A stretch of 26,907 nt of DNA. It comes from a virus. Taxonomy: Duplodnaviria; Caudoviricetes. The notes under the pieces were generated by a model. It worked only from the letters and a program-made list of their open reading frames with translations. It was not told the origin of the DNA and made no database searches. Numbering within the stretch: position 1 is the first letter of the stretch; each line of letters begins with the position of its first letter. Location: positions 1-26,907 of the IMG/VR virus record IMGVR_UViG_3300011335_000666; one strand, 5' to 3'. Of the stretch, positions 17,697 through 26,141 are shown in pieces. The position numbers and the translations under genes are program-made.

Positions 17697-17729
17697 ATAA
17701 ATATACGCAAGAAAAAAGCGTTTACCAAA
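17697..17729 (-). promoter_or_regulatory. Composite promoter candidate (TTTG-N20-TATATTTA, including ATATTTAT)
   Basis: TTTG at 17729-17726 and TATATTTA at 17705-17698 with a 20-nt spacer; overlaps the tube terminator and precedes the membrane-protein cassette. Confidence 0.55.
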
Positions 17730-17742
17730 TAGGCAAACGCTT
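17712..17742 (-). terminator. Rho-independent terminator after tail tube gene
   Basis: Minus strand AAGCGTTTGCC-TATTT-GGTAAACGCTT followed by TTTT, about 22 nt after the tube stop codon. Confidence 0.8.
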
Positions 17743-17764
17743 CTTTTATGTTTGTGGTTTTTCC

Positions 17765-18253
17765 TTAGAAGTTTAATACACAATAATCCATAGCAATTGA
17801 TATACTAAGTGCAATTGCTGCATCTCCAGAAGCCCAATCGTAATCACCAAAGCTGGCTGTCTTACAATAAGCACCTTTGATTACCCACTCACTTACGATA
17901 TCACCTACTGGGCCTAGTACGTTTAAAGTGATGTCTTTCTTGTAGAAATCACTATAACCATCACGTCCTGTTACTGATTCATGTGCTAAACGAGCCCATT
18001 CCATTACTGATTGTGCACCAGAAGGAGTGATTGGATCGTATAATTCAAGTGTCATATCAGCCCAACTAACTTTACCTTTTACTTTACGGTAAACGTTAAT
18101 GTGGTCTAATTTAATTTCACCAGCATCGAATTCAGGAGCTTTTGCTTTTTTAATTAAATATGCTGGGATACCGTCTATGTACATGATAAAGCGATTGGCC
18201 ACTTTGGGTTCAAACGCTGTAAACATTATTTCATTTGGATCTAATACTGCCAT
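17765..18253 (-). CDS. Tail tube protein (T4 gp19-like)
   Basis: 162 aa directly after the sheath gene; FEPK..NRF, KVSWADMTLELYD, YKKDITLNVLGPVG, W.IKGA motifs typical of gp19-like tube proteins. Confidence 0.92.
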   Translation of the reverse strand: MAVLDPNEIMFTAFEPKVANRFIMYIDGIPAYLIKKAKAPEFDAGEIKLDHINVYRKVKGKVSWADMTLELYDPITPSGAQSVMEWARLAHESVTGRDGYSDFYKKDITLNVLGPVGDIVSEWVIKGAYCKTASFGDYDWASGDAAIALSISIAMDYCVLNF

Positions 18254-18279
18254 TTTATTTTAAATTTTATTTGTTGTCA

Positions 18280-18287
18280 ATAAATAT
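18280..18287 (-). promoter_or_regulatory. ATATTTAT late-promoter-like motif upstream of tail tube
   Basis: Exact copy in the sheath-tube intergenic region. Confidence 0.6.
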
Positions 18288-18292
18288 ATGGA

Positions 18293-18320
18293 ACTACATC
18301 CCCTATGCAGGGAATGTAGC
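18293..18320 (-). other. Stem-loop overlapping the sheath stop codon
   Basis: Minus strand GCTACATTCCCT-GCAT-AGGGGATGTAGT forms a 12-bp stem with two G-U pairs; no strong U-tract follows. Confidence 0.55.
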
Positions 18321-20018
18321 GCCAGTTGGAAGAATGTTAAAGTTTAAGATTACGAATTCAGCAGTTTTAGTTGGTTGAATATAAATCTGACCTACTAATT
18401 GGTTACGATCAATAACATCTGGTGTGTTATTTGTAGCATCCATGATTACTTTGTAAGCATACAAACCTTGACGTTGTACTACTGATGATAAGTATGGATT
18501 AACTTGAGCTAAGAATCTATTACGTGTTACAGTTGTGTTTTGTTCAAATACTAATGTACGAGCAATACCACCTATAAATCCTTTTAATGCGATCAACAAA
18601 CGACGAACGTTTAATCTGTCAAGAGCACTTGGTTTTTTCTGTAATGTTTTCTGACCCCATACACATACTCCCACGTTAGGGAATGTAGCTAATGGATTAA
18701 TTCTACCATTATATAATACATCACGATCTGTTTGTTGTACTCTACGTTCAGGAGCAATTACTGATGGGATACCACCGCGGTTAAGACCTGCTGGTGCAAA
18801 CCATTCAGCTGTAGTTGCATCATTATATGCCAATACACCACCAATTACTGTAGATGGAGGACACCATACTGATTTACCTAATCCTGTTGAGTATAATTGA
18901 ACCCAAGGATAATATGTTGCTGCATAGTTACTTAAATAGTTACCTGCATTTGAAACAGCAGCGGCAATTGAAGTACCATATACACCAGCATCCGCTATAA
19001 AAACAGAATCACCTCTGTTTTCAACAGTTGTGATAGCAGCATTAGCAGCAGTTGTAGCATCTAATCCAATACCAGGAGCTAATAACACATTAAATTGGAA
19101 ATTATCTTTATCTGTTAAGAAATTAAATGCATTTATGTAATCTGTAGGTGAAAATCCTTGAAGATTTGTAATGCTAGCTGATTCATACATGTTTTTAACA
19201 ACACCTGTATCAGCAACACCACCATTAAATGAACCACCTAATGAACCACTACCTATAGCTGGCATTAAAGCAGCATAAGAAGATGATTTAAAATTACCAT
19301 TATTATCTAATGAATCAGCAAATGGAGTTGGGACTGATTTTACACGGATAAATGCTGACTTATTAGCAAAACTACCTTGATATGTAATAACGCCTGTTGC
19401 AACATCTGGTACTGGTTTTATATCACCAATAACACGGCCAATATAATTAGGTAATTGAGGATCTAAACTCATGTTAGACCATGTTTCTAATACATTCTTT
19501 TGAGCTTGTGTATCATCACCTCTTCTAACTAAAAGAGTAAATAAACCACTTCCTGTATCAGAATAAGCAACTTCCCAACGAACATTTTGAGATGTACCAA
19601 TATCTAAGGCACCACTTGTCATGCTACCTGAGTTATTCATAATATTACCCCAAGCTAATGTTTCAAGCTGGAATGAATTTGATGGAGCATTACTTGCAGT
19701 AACAGAAGCAGAAGCATATGTGCTAACATTTGCACTACCACTAATAATTCTAGTTACTAATATTGTTTGACCACCATTAGCAAAATATTCTTTTGCTGCT
19801 AATGAAGTCCAATATTCATAATAATATGAACCACTCTTAAATGTTTCACCATACAATGTTTTAAATTGATTGTAGTTAGTAACATAAGTTGGTACAAAAG
19901 GAACGCCTAATACTGTTGGACCTACAAGAGCAGCGCCTACTGCTTGAGGAGTGGCGGTATAGAAACTTTGATCGGTCTCTTGTTGGAACACGCCGGGAGA
20001 GATAATTACTTCTGCCAT
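18303..20018 (-). CDS. Tail sheath protein (T4 gp18-like)
   Basis: 571 aa; ISPGVFQQETD start, YYPWV, PPS, WFAPAGLNRG, WGQKTL, LNVRRLLI, FEQN and PTKTAEFV are conserved sheath motifs. Confidence 0.96.
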   Translation of the reverse strand: MAEVIISPGVFQQETDQSFYTATPQAVGAALVGPTVLGVPFVPTYVTNYNQFKTLYGETFKSGSYYYEYWTSLAAKEYFANGGQTILVTRIISGSANVSTYASASVTASNAPSNSFQLETLAWGNIMNNSGSMTSGALDIGTSQNVRWEVAYSDTGSGLFTLLVRRGDDTQAQKNVLETWSNMSLDPQLPNYIGRVIGDIKPVPDVATGVITYQGSFANKSAFIRVKSVPTPFADSLDNNGNFKSSSYAALMPAIGSGSLGGSFNGGVADTGVVKNMYESASITNLQGFSPTDYINAFNFLTDKDNFQFNVLLAPGIGLDATTAANAAITTVENRGDSVFIADAGVYGTSIAAAVSNAGNYLSNYAATYYPWVQLYSTGLGKSVWCPPSTVIGGVLAYNDATTAEWFAPAGLNRGGIPSVIAPERRVQQTDRDVLYNGRINPLATFPNVGVCVWGQKTLQKKPSALDRLNVRRLLIALKGFIGGIARTLVFEQNTTVTRNRFLAQVNPYLSSVVQRQGLYAYKVIMDATNNTPDVIDRNQLVGQIYIQPTKTAEFVILNFNILPTGATFPA

Positions 20019-20062
20019 TTTTATTTAATTTTGTTTAAGATTAATTTATTATTTATCTAGTA

Positions 20063-20070
20063 ATAAATAT
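20063..20070 (-). promoter_or_regulatory. ATATTTAT late-promoter-like motif upstream of tail sheath
   Basis: Exact copy 44 nt upstream of the sheath ATG. Confidence 0.6.
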
Positions 20071-20105
20071 CTATAGGGATATGCAAAACGCAGAAGTAAA
20101 TAGAA

Positions 20106-20378
20106 TTAAAAAGGAGTTATTTCGCCTGTTTGAGGATTAATATTACCAACACCATATTTTTCTTGAAGATCTCTTACTATTACTCGTTCTTGTTCTCCTA
20201 ATGTTTTAATATCACTAACGATACCATCTTTTTCAGATTCCAATACAACTTTTTGTTGTAATAATGCTTGTAATTGTGCTTCAACACTACCAAGTTCAAA
20301 TACAAACTTATTATATTGTGTTTGCATTTCATTAATTGACTGTAATTCTTCTGGTGTTAATTGTTTTGTTTCTGACAT
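20106..20378 (-). CDS. Small coiled-coil protein
   Basis: 90 aa with heptad-rich Q/E/L helices ending KYGVGNINPQTGEI; immediately upstream of the sheath gene. Confidence 0.7.
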   Translation of the reverse strand: MSETKQLTPEELQSINEMQTQYNKFVFELGSVEAQLQALLQQKVVLESEKDGIVSDIKTLGEQERVIVRDLQEKYGVGNINPQTGEITPF

Positions 20379-20383
20379 AATCT

Positions 20384-20617
20384 TTATTTTTTCCAGCGCT
20401 TATCAGGACATGCCTGTTCGCCGGGTAAGGGTGAAAATATTTTTTTATCTAATGGACAACCACATAATCCACAAACATGTACATTAATATGTTTATAATA
20501 TGATTTGTTTGGACAACCATCACAAACAGAAATTCGATGATTCGCTATTTCTTTTTGTTCAGGTGTTGGATCAGCGGCTGCTATCCATGCTTTTGCTATT
20601 TCAACTAATTTAAGCAT
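20384..20617 (-). CDS. Small Cys-rich putative Zn-binding protein
   Basis: Start reassigned to MLKLVEIAK at 20617, overlapping the upstream stop by 8 nt; RISVCDGCP...CGLCGCPLDKK...CPDKRW pattern; 77 aa. Confidence 0.7.
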   Translation of the reverse strand: MLKLVEIAKAWIAAADPTPEQKEIANHRISVCDGCPNKSYYKHINVHVCGLCGCPLDKKIFSPLPGEQACPDKRWKK

Positions 20618-20861
20618 TTGCTTTAGTAGCTGATTTCTTTTTAGGTTGTGGTTTTTTCTTTGATTTAGCTTCTCCTGTTGGTAATGGTGGATCAACTTTA
20701 GGATACGGCTCGGAGTCTGGTGTTGGTTCAGGAACTGATTCCGGTGTTGGTTCAGGGATTACTACATCTTCTTCTAAAGATGGATTTCTTTTCTTTGGAA
20801 TAAAATTAATAACAAGTGCTACTACTATTCCAATAAGGATAACTGCGATGTAAATTGGCAT
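20610..20861 (-). CDS. Membrane-anchored Pro/Glu- and Lys-rich small protein
   Basis: N-terminal TM helix, PEPTPE/D repeats, basic tail KSKKKPQPKKKS. Confidence 0.65.
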   Translation of the reverse strand: MPIYIAVILIGIVVALVINFIPKKRNPSLEEDVVIPEPTPESVPEPTPDSEPYPKVDPPLPTGEAKSKKKPQPKKKSATKANA

Positions 20862-20883
20862 AATCTATTTATTTTTGTTTGAT

Positions 20884-20916
20884 ATAAATATATACAAGAG
20901 ATAGGAGACAACCAAA
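20884..20916 (-). promoter_or_regulatory. Composite promoter candidate (TTTG-N20-TATATTTA, including ATATTTAT)
   Basis: TTTG at 20916-20913 and TATATTTA at 20892-20885 with a 20-nt spacer, upstream of the ATG at 20861. Confidence 0.55.
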
Positions 20917-20922
20917 TTTGTT

Positions 20923-21732
20923 TTAAAAAGTTGCTATAATTACAAGGCCATCGCCGCCTTTACCTCCACTAGCTCCTGCTGCGGCTCCTCCCCCACACCC
21001 TCCACCTCCAGATCCTATTCCACCATCACCTCCTCTACCACCTACTCCTGCGTTATTGCTATTACCTCCAGCTCCTCCTAATGAAAAGAATGGTTTCCAA
21101 AAAGTGGTACCTGAATCACTAATACCCCCAGCATTTATTACTGTGCCACCGGATATGTTTGGTGTTGTAAAAGTTCCTAAATCAATAGATCCTATATTTG
21201 TTCCAAAACTTATACCAACTGTACCTCCATTTCCTCCAGGGCATGTAAAAGCTGTTGTTATTAGCGGTGTTATAGTTGCTGTGTTTGGGTTAGTTCTTCC
21301 TGCTATTGATATAAAATTTCCTAATGATAGTAAATTAGCACTCGCAGCTGTTGCTATTGACTCTCCTGCACCTGCTACTGTGGCTGCTGAGTTACCTGAT
21401 ATACATACTAGGTTCATTGATGTAGCACTACTTGGGGTTACAGATACAAAGCTTCTATTTGCATTTGCAACAACCCCGGCACCGGGTTGTACATATAACG
21501 TATCTGGTAGTACGTTAGCTGGGAATAGTGCTCTAGTTACCGCTCCTGATCCTCCTCCGAAACCAGCAGCGGTAGTTCCTGTTGTTTGACCTCCAGCTCC
21601 GGCTCCAATACACATCATCCAAATAAACTTACAGTTTCTTGGTTTTTGCCATGTTTGCCAATCACTAGTACCTCTAGCGTAAAATATCTTTATGTTATCT
21701 TGTTGTCCAGGTATATTAAATATATCTAACAT
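20923..21732 (-). CDS. Glycine-rich tail fibre-tip / receptor-binding-like protein, paralogue 3
   Basis: 269 aa; WQTWQKPR...CIGAGAGG, LPDTLYV and terminal GGKGGDGLVIIATF, as in phage glycine-rich domains. Confidence 0.7.
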   Translation of the reverse strand: MLDIFNIPGQQDNIKIFYARGTSDWQTWQKPRNCKFIWMMCIGAGAGGQTTGTTAAGFGGGSGAVTRALFPANVLPDTLYVQPGAGVVANANRSFVSVTPSSATSMNLVCISGNSAATVAGAGESIATAASANLLSLGNFISIAGRTNPNTATITPLITTAFTCPGGNGGTVGISFGTNIGSIDLGTFTTPNISGGTVINAGGISDSGTTFWKPFFSLGGAGGNSNNAGVGGRGGDGGIGSGGGGCGGGAAAGASGGKGGDGLVIIATF

Positions 21733-21736
21733 ATTA

Positions 21737-22612
21737 TTAAAAACTTGTTGTTATTATTATTATTCCATCTCCACCTTTACCACCGTTACCTCCAGCAGTA
21801 ACACCACCACTTCCACCTCCTCCACCACAGCCATATGATCCATTACCCCCATTACCTCCTGTTGTACCTCCACTTTGACCTCCAGTTCCACCTATAAATT
21901 GTAGTGCTGGTTTTGTAAGCATAAAACCATCGTATCCATTGCTACCGGCAACTCCAGCCGAAGCTGTTGTAAATGCGGCTAATGAAGGTATAAATCCTTG
22001 TCCATTAAGTCCTCCTGCTGTACTAGTTCCACTACCACCAGCTCCTGCTGTTGTTGTTGAGCTTGGGGTTATACCTCCTGCTATCCCTGTAGAATTACCT
22101 GCTCCTGAGCTTACCCCTGCTATTGCTGTAAATGTTCCTAGATTTAAAAATACTGCATTAGCCGTTGTTGCCACTGTTTCACCCGCGGCTGCTGTGTTCG
22201 AAATAGCTCCTCTAGCTGATACGTTACCTGACGTAACTACTATATTTGATATTGAAGCTGTACTTGGTGTTAGACAAATATATGATTTTTCACCATTACT
22301 AGCCGAATTAAAAGTTGATGTTAAGCTTGCTAAGCTTCCTGTCCCACCAGCCCCTGTGTAAACGTATAATATATCTGGTAGTATGGATGCTTGAAATTGA
22401 GCTCTTACTATCCCTCCTGCCCCTCCACCTGCTCCGCCAAAGCCTCTAGCAGAACTGCCAGTAGCAGCTCCACATCCACCACCTCCACCCCCAATACATA
22501 ATATATTTACAAACTTAGCACCTCTTGGTTTAACCCAAGTTTGCCAAGTACCGGCAGAAGTAAAGGTCTGTGTATTTGAATAGTTATTTTGAAAGTATGA
22601 TAAATCTAACAT
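21737..22612 (-). CDS. Glycine-rich tail fibre-tip / receptor-binding-like protein, paralogue 2
   Basis: 291 aa; WQTWVKPR...CIGGGGGG, LPDILYV, terminal GGKGGDGIIIITTSF. Confidence 0.7.
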   Translation of the reverse strand: MLDLSYFQNNYSNTQTFTSAGTWQTWVKPRGAKFVNILCIGGGGGGCGAATGSSARGFGGAGGGAGGIVRAQFQASILPDILYVYTGAGGTGSLASLTSTFNSASNGEKSYICLTPSTASISNIVVTSGNVSARGAISNTAAAGETVATTANAVFLNLGTFTAIAGVSSGAGNSTGIAGGITPSSTTTAGAGGSGTSTAGGLNGQGFIPSLAAFTTASAGVAGSNGYDGFMLTKPALQFIGGTGGQSGGTTGGNGGNGSYGCGGGGGSGGVTAGGNGGKGGDGIIIITTSF

Positions 22613-23547
22613 TAGAATATTGTTGTTATAATTACTAATCCGTCTCCACCTTTACCACCATCACCACCACCACCAGCTGTAGATAATCCACCTCCACCTC
22701 CTCCTCCACCACTTCCATACCATCCATCACCTCCTTTACCTCCTTTTGTTGTTAATGAACCAGCACCTCCTGCACCTCCCATGCTACAGAGTGGATTTAA
22801 AGATCCATATCCATTATTTCCTATTCCACCTGGTGCTAATCCGCCTGATACAAACGAAGTTAAAATTACGCCAGCTCCTGCTAGTGTAGCTCCGTTAAAT
22901 TGAGTGGTATTGCCTGCTTTTCCTCCTCCCCCACTACCGCCGGTTACTATATTTGACGCTAATGCTGCTGGTCCTGCTGGTGGTGCTGTGTTAATTCCAC
23001 CAGCTGTACCTGCTACACCGGCAGAAGATGATATTATTCCTAGACTAGCAAATGGATTAATAGAAGTGGCTGGTACCCAAGCAGTACCTGCTGCTCCTCC
23101 TGCTCCAACACCACCTGTACCTCCTGCTCCTCCTCCACCTGCTCCCGTTGTTGTAGCTGATTGTATTATTACAGAGGGTGATGTTGGGCTTGAAGCTAGC
23201 GATACATAGCTAATTCCTCCTACTGTCCCTGCAGCTCCACTAGTTCCTCCTGTACTACCTATTCCTCCTGCTCCTCCTGTCCCTACTTGCACATATAAAT
23301 TATCAGGTAATAAAAAGGCAGGGAATATTCCTTTACTAAAGGCGGCCCCACCGCCACCTCCTGCTCCACCAACGTTATTGACTGATGTATTTCCTGCTCC
23401 ACCACCTCCACCTCCTCCTCCACTTAAACAAAATATTTGTATAAAATTAGCATTACGTGGTTTTTGCCATGTTTGCCAAGATCCACTATTTGCGTAAAAT
23501 ATTTTAGTACTATCTGTATTAGATGGTATGTGAAAAACGTCTAACAT
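22612..23547 (-). CDS. Glycine-rich tail fibre-tip / receptor-binding-like protein, paralogue 1
   Basis: 311 aa; WQTWQKPR...CLSGGGGG, LPDNLYV, terminal GGKGGDGLVIITTIF; TAATG overlap with the next gene. Confidence 0.7.
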   Translation of the reverse strand: MLDVFHIPSNTDSTKIFYANSGSWQTWQKPRNANFIQIFCLSGGGGGGGGAGNTSVNNVGGAGGGGGAAFSKGIFPAFLLPDNLYVQVGTGGAGGIGSTGGTSGAAGTVGGISYVSLASSPTSPSVIIQSATTTGAGGGGAGGTGGVGAGGAAGTAWVPATSINPFASLGIISSSAGVAGTAGGINTAPPAGPAALASNIVTGGSGGGGKAGNTTQFNGATLAGAGVILTSFVSGGLAPGGIGNNGYGSLNPLCSMGGAGGAGSLTTKGGKGGDGWYGSGGGGGGGGLSTAGGGGDGGKGGDGLVIITTIF

Positions 23548-23556
23548 AAACTAGTT

Positions 23557-23733
23557 TTAGGGTTGTGCACAGGGTGGTATTACATCAAGTTCTTTAGTAT
23601 GATGTGTTACTCCCGGTATTATAACATTACAATCTTTATCTATTACTTGTATTACATTTTGTAATGTATCATCCATTACATAATAAAATTCAATACTCGG
23701 ATCATCAGATCCCTGCATTAAAACGTATCTCAT
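23557..23733 (-). CDS. Small hypothetical protein (58 aa)
   Basis: Not in the ORF track; MRYVLMQGSDDPSIEFYYVMDDTLQNVIQVIDKDCNVIIPGVTHHTKELDVIPPCAQP*; fills the gap between neighbouring genes with 9- and 12-nt spacers. Confidence 0.65.
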   Translation of the reverse strand: MRYVLMQGSDDPSIEFYYVMDDTLQNVIQVIDKDCNVIIPGVTHHTKELDVIPPCAQP

Positions 23734-23745
23734 ATTATATTAATT

Positions 23746-24180
23746 TTATGGTGTTGTATAAGATCCTCCCACTGCCGATACATACCATCCGCCACCTGCT
23801 ACTTGCTGTGTTGCTACTGTAGCTTGTATTTTATAGTTAGCTGGTAGGGCAGCATTTACTGGTAATTCATATACCGCTTGAGCAGCAGTATTAGATACTG
23901 TAATTGCAGGTAATGTAATTTCATCAAATAATATTACATTTGATCCGCTAAGAGTTCCTGCTGTTGCATTACCAATGAATATACGAGCAGCAGTTGCTGT
24001 TGTAGAACCAGATGATTTAAATCTAACTCTTTGTACAAAGCTACCTGATAGACTCGCTGTAAATACCACTACGGATCCTGTACCAGTAGCATCGAAGTTT
24101 GGATTTGCATTTACTAGTGTTGATGTTGCCCATTGTATGTCGCCTACACCTGAGTAGATTGGGTTTGTGTTTAATGGCAT
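23746..24180 (-). CDS. Tail fibre-associated structural protein
   Basis: 144 aa, beta-rich and Ala/Thr/Ser-rich, directly downstream of the tail fibre gene; function from context. Confidence 0.6.
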   Translation of the reverse strand: MPLNTNPIYSGVGDIQWATSTLVNANPNFDATGTGSVVVFTASLSGSFVQRVRFKSSGSTTATAARIFIGNATAGTLSGSNVILFDEITLPAITVSNTAAQAVYELPVNAALPANYKIQATVATQQVAGGGWYVSAVGGSYTTP

Positions 24181-24192
24181 AATTGTTTATAT

Positions 24193-26139
24193 TTAAAATA
24201 TGTTTGAATTTCCTGTTGCTATTGCTACTACTTTACCTTGAGAAATACCACCTGTACCCCCAGCTGCTGTTAGAGCATAGGATGCTGTAGTAGCAAATGA
24301 TGATGTTACTGTTAATGTATTTGTAGTAGCATTAAATAATAATCCGTTACTATCTACACGTATTACTCTATCTGCTGTTGTGCCATCTACAAATGTAACA
24401 TAATATGATGTTCCTGTTGTTGTATCTGTTACAAGTACTTCACTTGCTGTTACTGCGTTTGTAGCCCAACTAGCTGTACCTTGTAATGAACCAGTAAATG
24501 AACTAGCTGATATATTTTGTGTTACTGTTAGTGATCCTGTTAATCCATATGATCCAGTTAATTGTTTTGAATTAGTCCATACGCTACCGCTCTTAACTAA
24601 TAAGTCACCGTATGATGAGGTTGTTGTATTATCTACTATATTGTGTAATTCTCCTATTTCATATCCGTTATCTACTTTTACAAAAATAGAACCATTAGAT
24701 GCATTTGATTGTACTATATATCCTAATCTTACTGAGTGACTAGGTGCAGTAGGTGGTATGTTAGTTACGCCTCCAAATGTGGTTGGTGAAACATAAATAT
24801 CATCGCCATCCGCCCAAGTTTCACCTTGTAAATTACCGGTTGTATTTATTCCTCTAACTAATCCTGAAATAGTTACAAATCCTTCCTGGTTAACAGCTAT
24901 GTTCTCTGTTACTAACCCAAGTGTATCTAGTGAATTACCATCATTATCTCCCCTTGCTAAGGCTACCTTTAATCTACCACCTTGAGCTCCACTTACTCTA
25001 ACTGCCTGATATCCTGCTTCTGTTAAATTGGTACCTGTTTTATTTACAACACGAACTAATTGCTCTTGTCCAATTTGTAGTGTTACATTACCTCCTTTAA
25101 GGCCTAAATCTAATGTACCATCGGTATCATTCCATTTTAATCTAGCAATTGCTCCTGCATTTGTTGCTGTCGTATCATAATCAATATAATCTACACCTGA
25201 TATAAATGAGGATCCAGACATTGAAATAGATCCTGTTATTATTAAACTACCAGATAGTTGTACTGTATTAGATCCACTATCAAATGTAAAATTAGGCGAA
25301 CCACTAAATGTATTATTAGCATTAAATTGTATTTGTGTGTTTGAGCCACCTGGTGTTCCACTTCCACCATTCATTGCATATGATGCTGTTAAAGCATAAG
25401 ACGCACTTGTTACAGTTCCATCAACAGCAGATGCTGTTACATATGAGGCTGTAGCAACAGTCATTGAACTAGTTTGACTATTAGTTATAAATGAACTAGT
25501 TTGACTGTTTGTTACAAAACTAGATGTTTGTGAATTAGTTACAAACGATGATGTCTGACTGTTTGTAACAAACGATGATGTTTGATTGTTAGTTACAAAT
25601 GAACTAGTAGCACTATTTAAAACATAATTTGGTGCTAATGATGCTGTATCAGCATATGAGGCACTTGTTGCATATGAGCTACTAATAGCTACTGATGAAC
25701 TGTATGCCCATGATGCTGTTCCTTGTAGTGAACCAGTAAACGACCCACTAAATGAGCCAGTATTATATGAACTACTAAAGGTGTTATATGATGATGTAAA
25801 CGTATTAAATGAGCTAGTTGTTACATAATCACCACTAACTGTCCCACCTGATCCTGTATTGACTGTTATTGGAAATGTACTGCCATTTCCTTTAGTAAAT
25901 GTTATTGTATTTAATACTACGGATGCTGTTGTAAGTAAGCTACCTGTATCTACACTCGCCCCAGGAATACCTTGTGGGCCTTGTGGTCCAGGACTATTAA
26001 TCTGTAATATATTAGTTACAGGTTGTGGTATAGTAATAGAATTACATCTAACGTTATCCGTTATGATAAGTTTATTATCACTACCTACCTCAACTATGTT
26101 GTGGTTAAAATTTAATATTTGTACATTATTACAGGACAT
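24193..26139 (-). CDS. Tail fibre-like protein
   Basis: 648 aa, Ser/Thr/Gly-rich, with short collagen-like GPQGPQGIPG, repeated TASYA/TASWA and GS motifs, PGGSNTQIQFN module and duplicated SFTGSLQGTASWA. Confidence 0.75.
   Translation of the reverse strand: MSCNNVQILNFNHNIVEVGSDNKLIITDNVRCNSITIPQPVTNILQINSPGPQGPQGIPGASVDTGSLLTTASVVLNTITFTKGNGSTFPITVNTGSGGTVSGDYVTTSSFNTFTSSYNTFSSSYNTGSFSGSFTGSLQGTASWAYSSSVAISSSYATSASYADTASLAPNYVLNSATSSFVTNNQTSSFVTNSQTSSFVTNSQTSSFVTNSQTSSFITNSQTSSMTVATASYVTASAVDGTVTSASYALTASYAMNGGSGTPGGSNTQIQFNANNTFSGSPNFTFDSGSNTVQLSGSLIITGSISMSGSSFISGVDYIDYDTTATNAGAIARLKWNDTDGTLDLGLKGGNVTLQIGQEQLVRVVNKTGTNLTEAGYQAVRVSGAQGGRLKVALARGDNDGNSLDTLGLVTENIAVNQEGFVTISGLVRGINTTGNLQGETWADGDDIYVSPTTFGGVTNIPPTAPSHSVRLGYIVQSNASNGSIFVKVDNGYEIGELHNIVDNTTTSSYGDLLVKSGSVWTNSKQLTGSYGLTGSLTVTQNISASSFTGSLQGTASWATNAVTASEVLVTDTTTGTSYYVTFVDGTTADRVIRVDSNGLLFNATTNTLTVTSSFATTASYALTAAGGTGGISQGKVVAIATGNSNIF
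25466..25609 (-). repeat. Five tandem 9-aa (27-nt) repeats TSSF(V/I)TN(S/N)Q
   Basis: Visible in the translation of the 648-aa ORF; codons differ between copies. Confidence 0.9.
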
Positions 26140-26141
26140 TC

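Noticed and set aside
17559-17783. 74-aa minus-strand ORF
   Set aside because: Overlaps the tube stop, the terminator and the DKxxHF gene in another frame.
4113-20018. Bacterial extracellular contractile injection system or tailocin
   Set aside because: Directly linked to phage-type SSB, recombinase and polymerase genes, with a long tape measure and no host genes; a phage is more parsimonious.
21056-23209. Pro-rich plus-strand ORFs (21056-21589, 21939-22361, 22904-23209)
   Set aside because: Reverse complement of Gly codons in the glycine-rich genes.
20923-23547. Diversity-generating retroelement or invertible shufflon acting on the three paralogues
   Set aside because: No reverse transcriptase or invertase in the window, no near-identical template/variable repeat pair with adenine-specific differences seen, and all copies are in the same orientation.
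25466-25609. CRISPR-like array; tRNA genes anywhere in the window
   Set aside because: Repeats are contiguous coding repeats without spacers; intergenic gaps are short and no tRNA cloverleaf was recognised.
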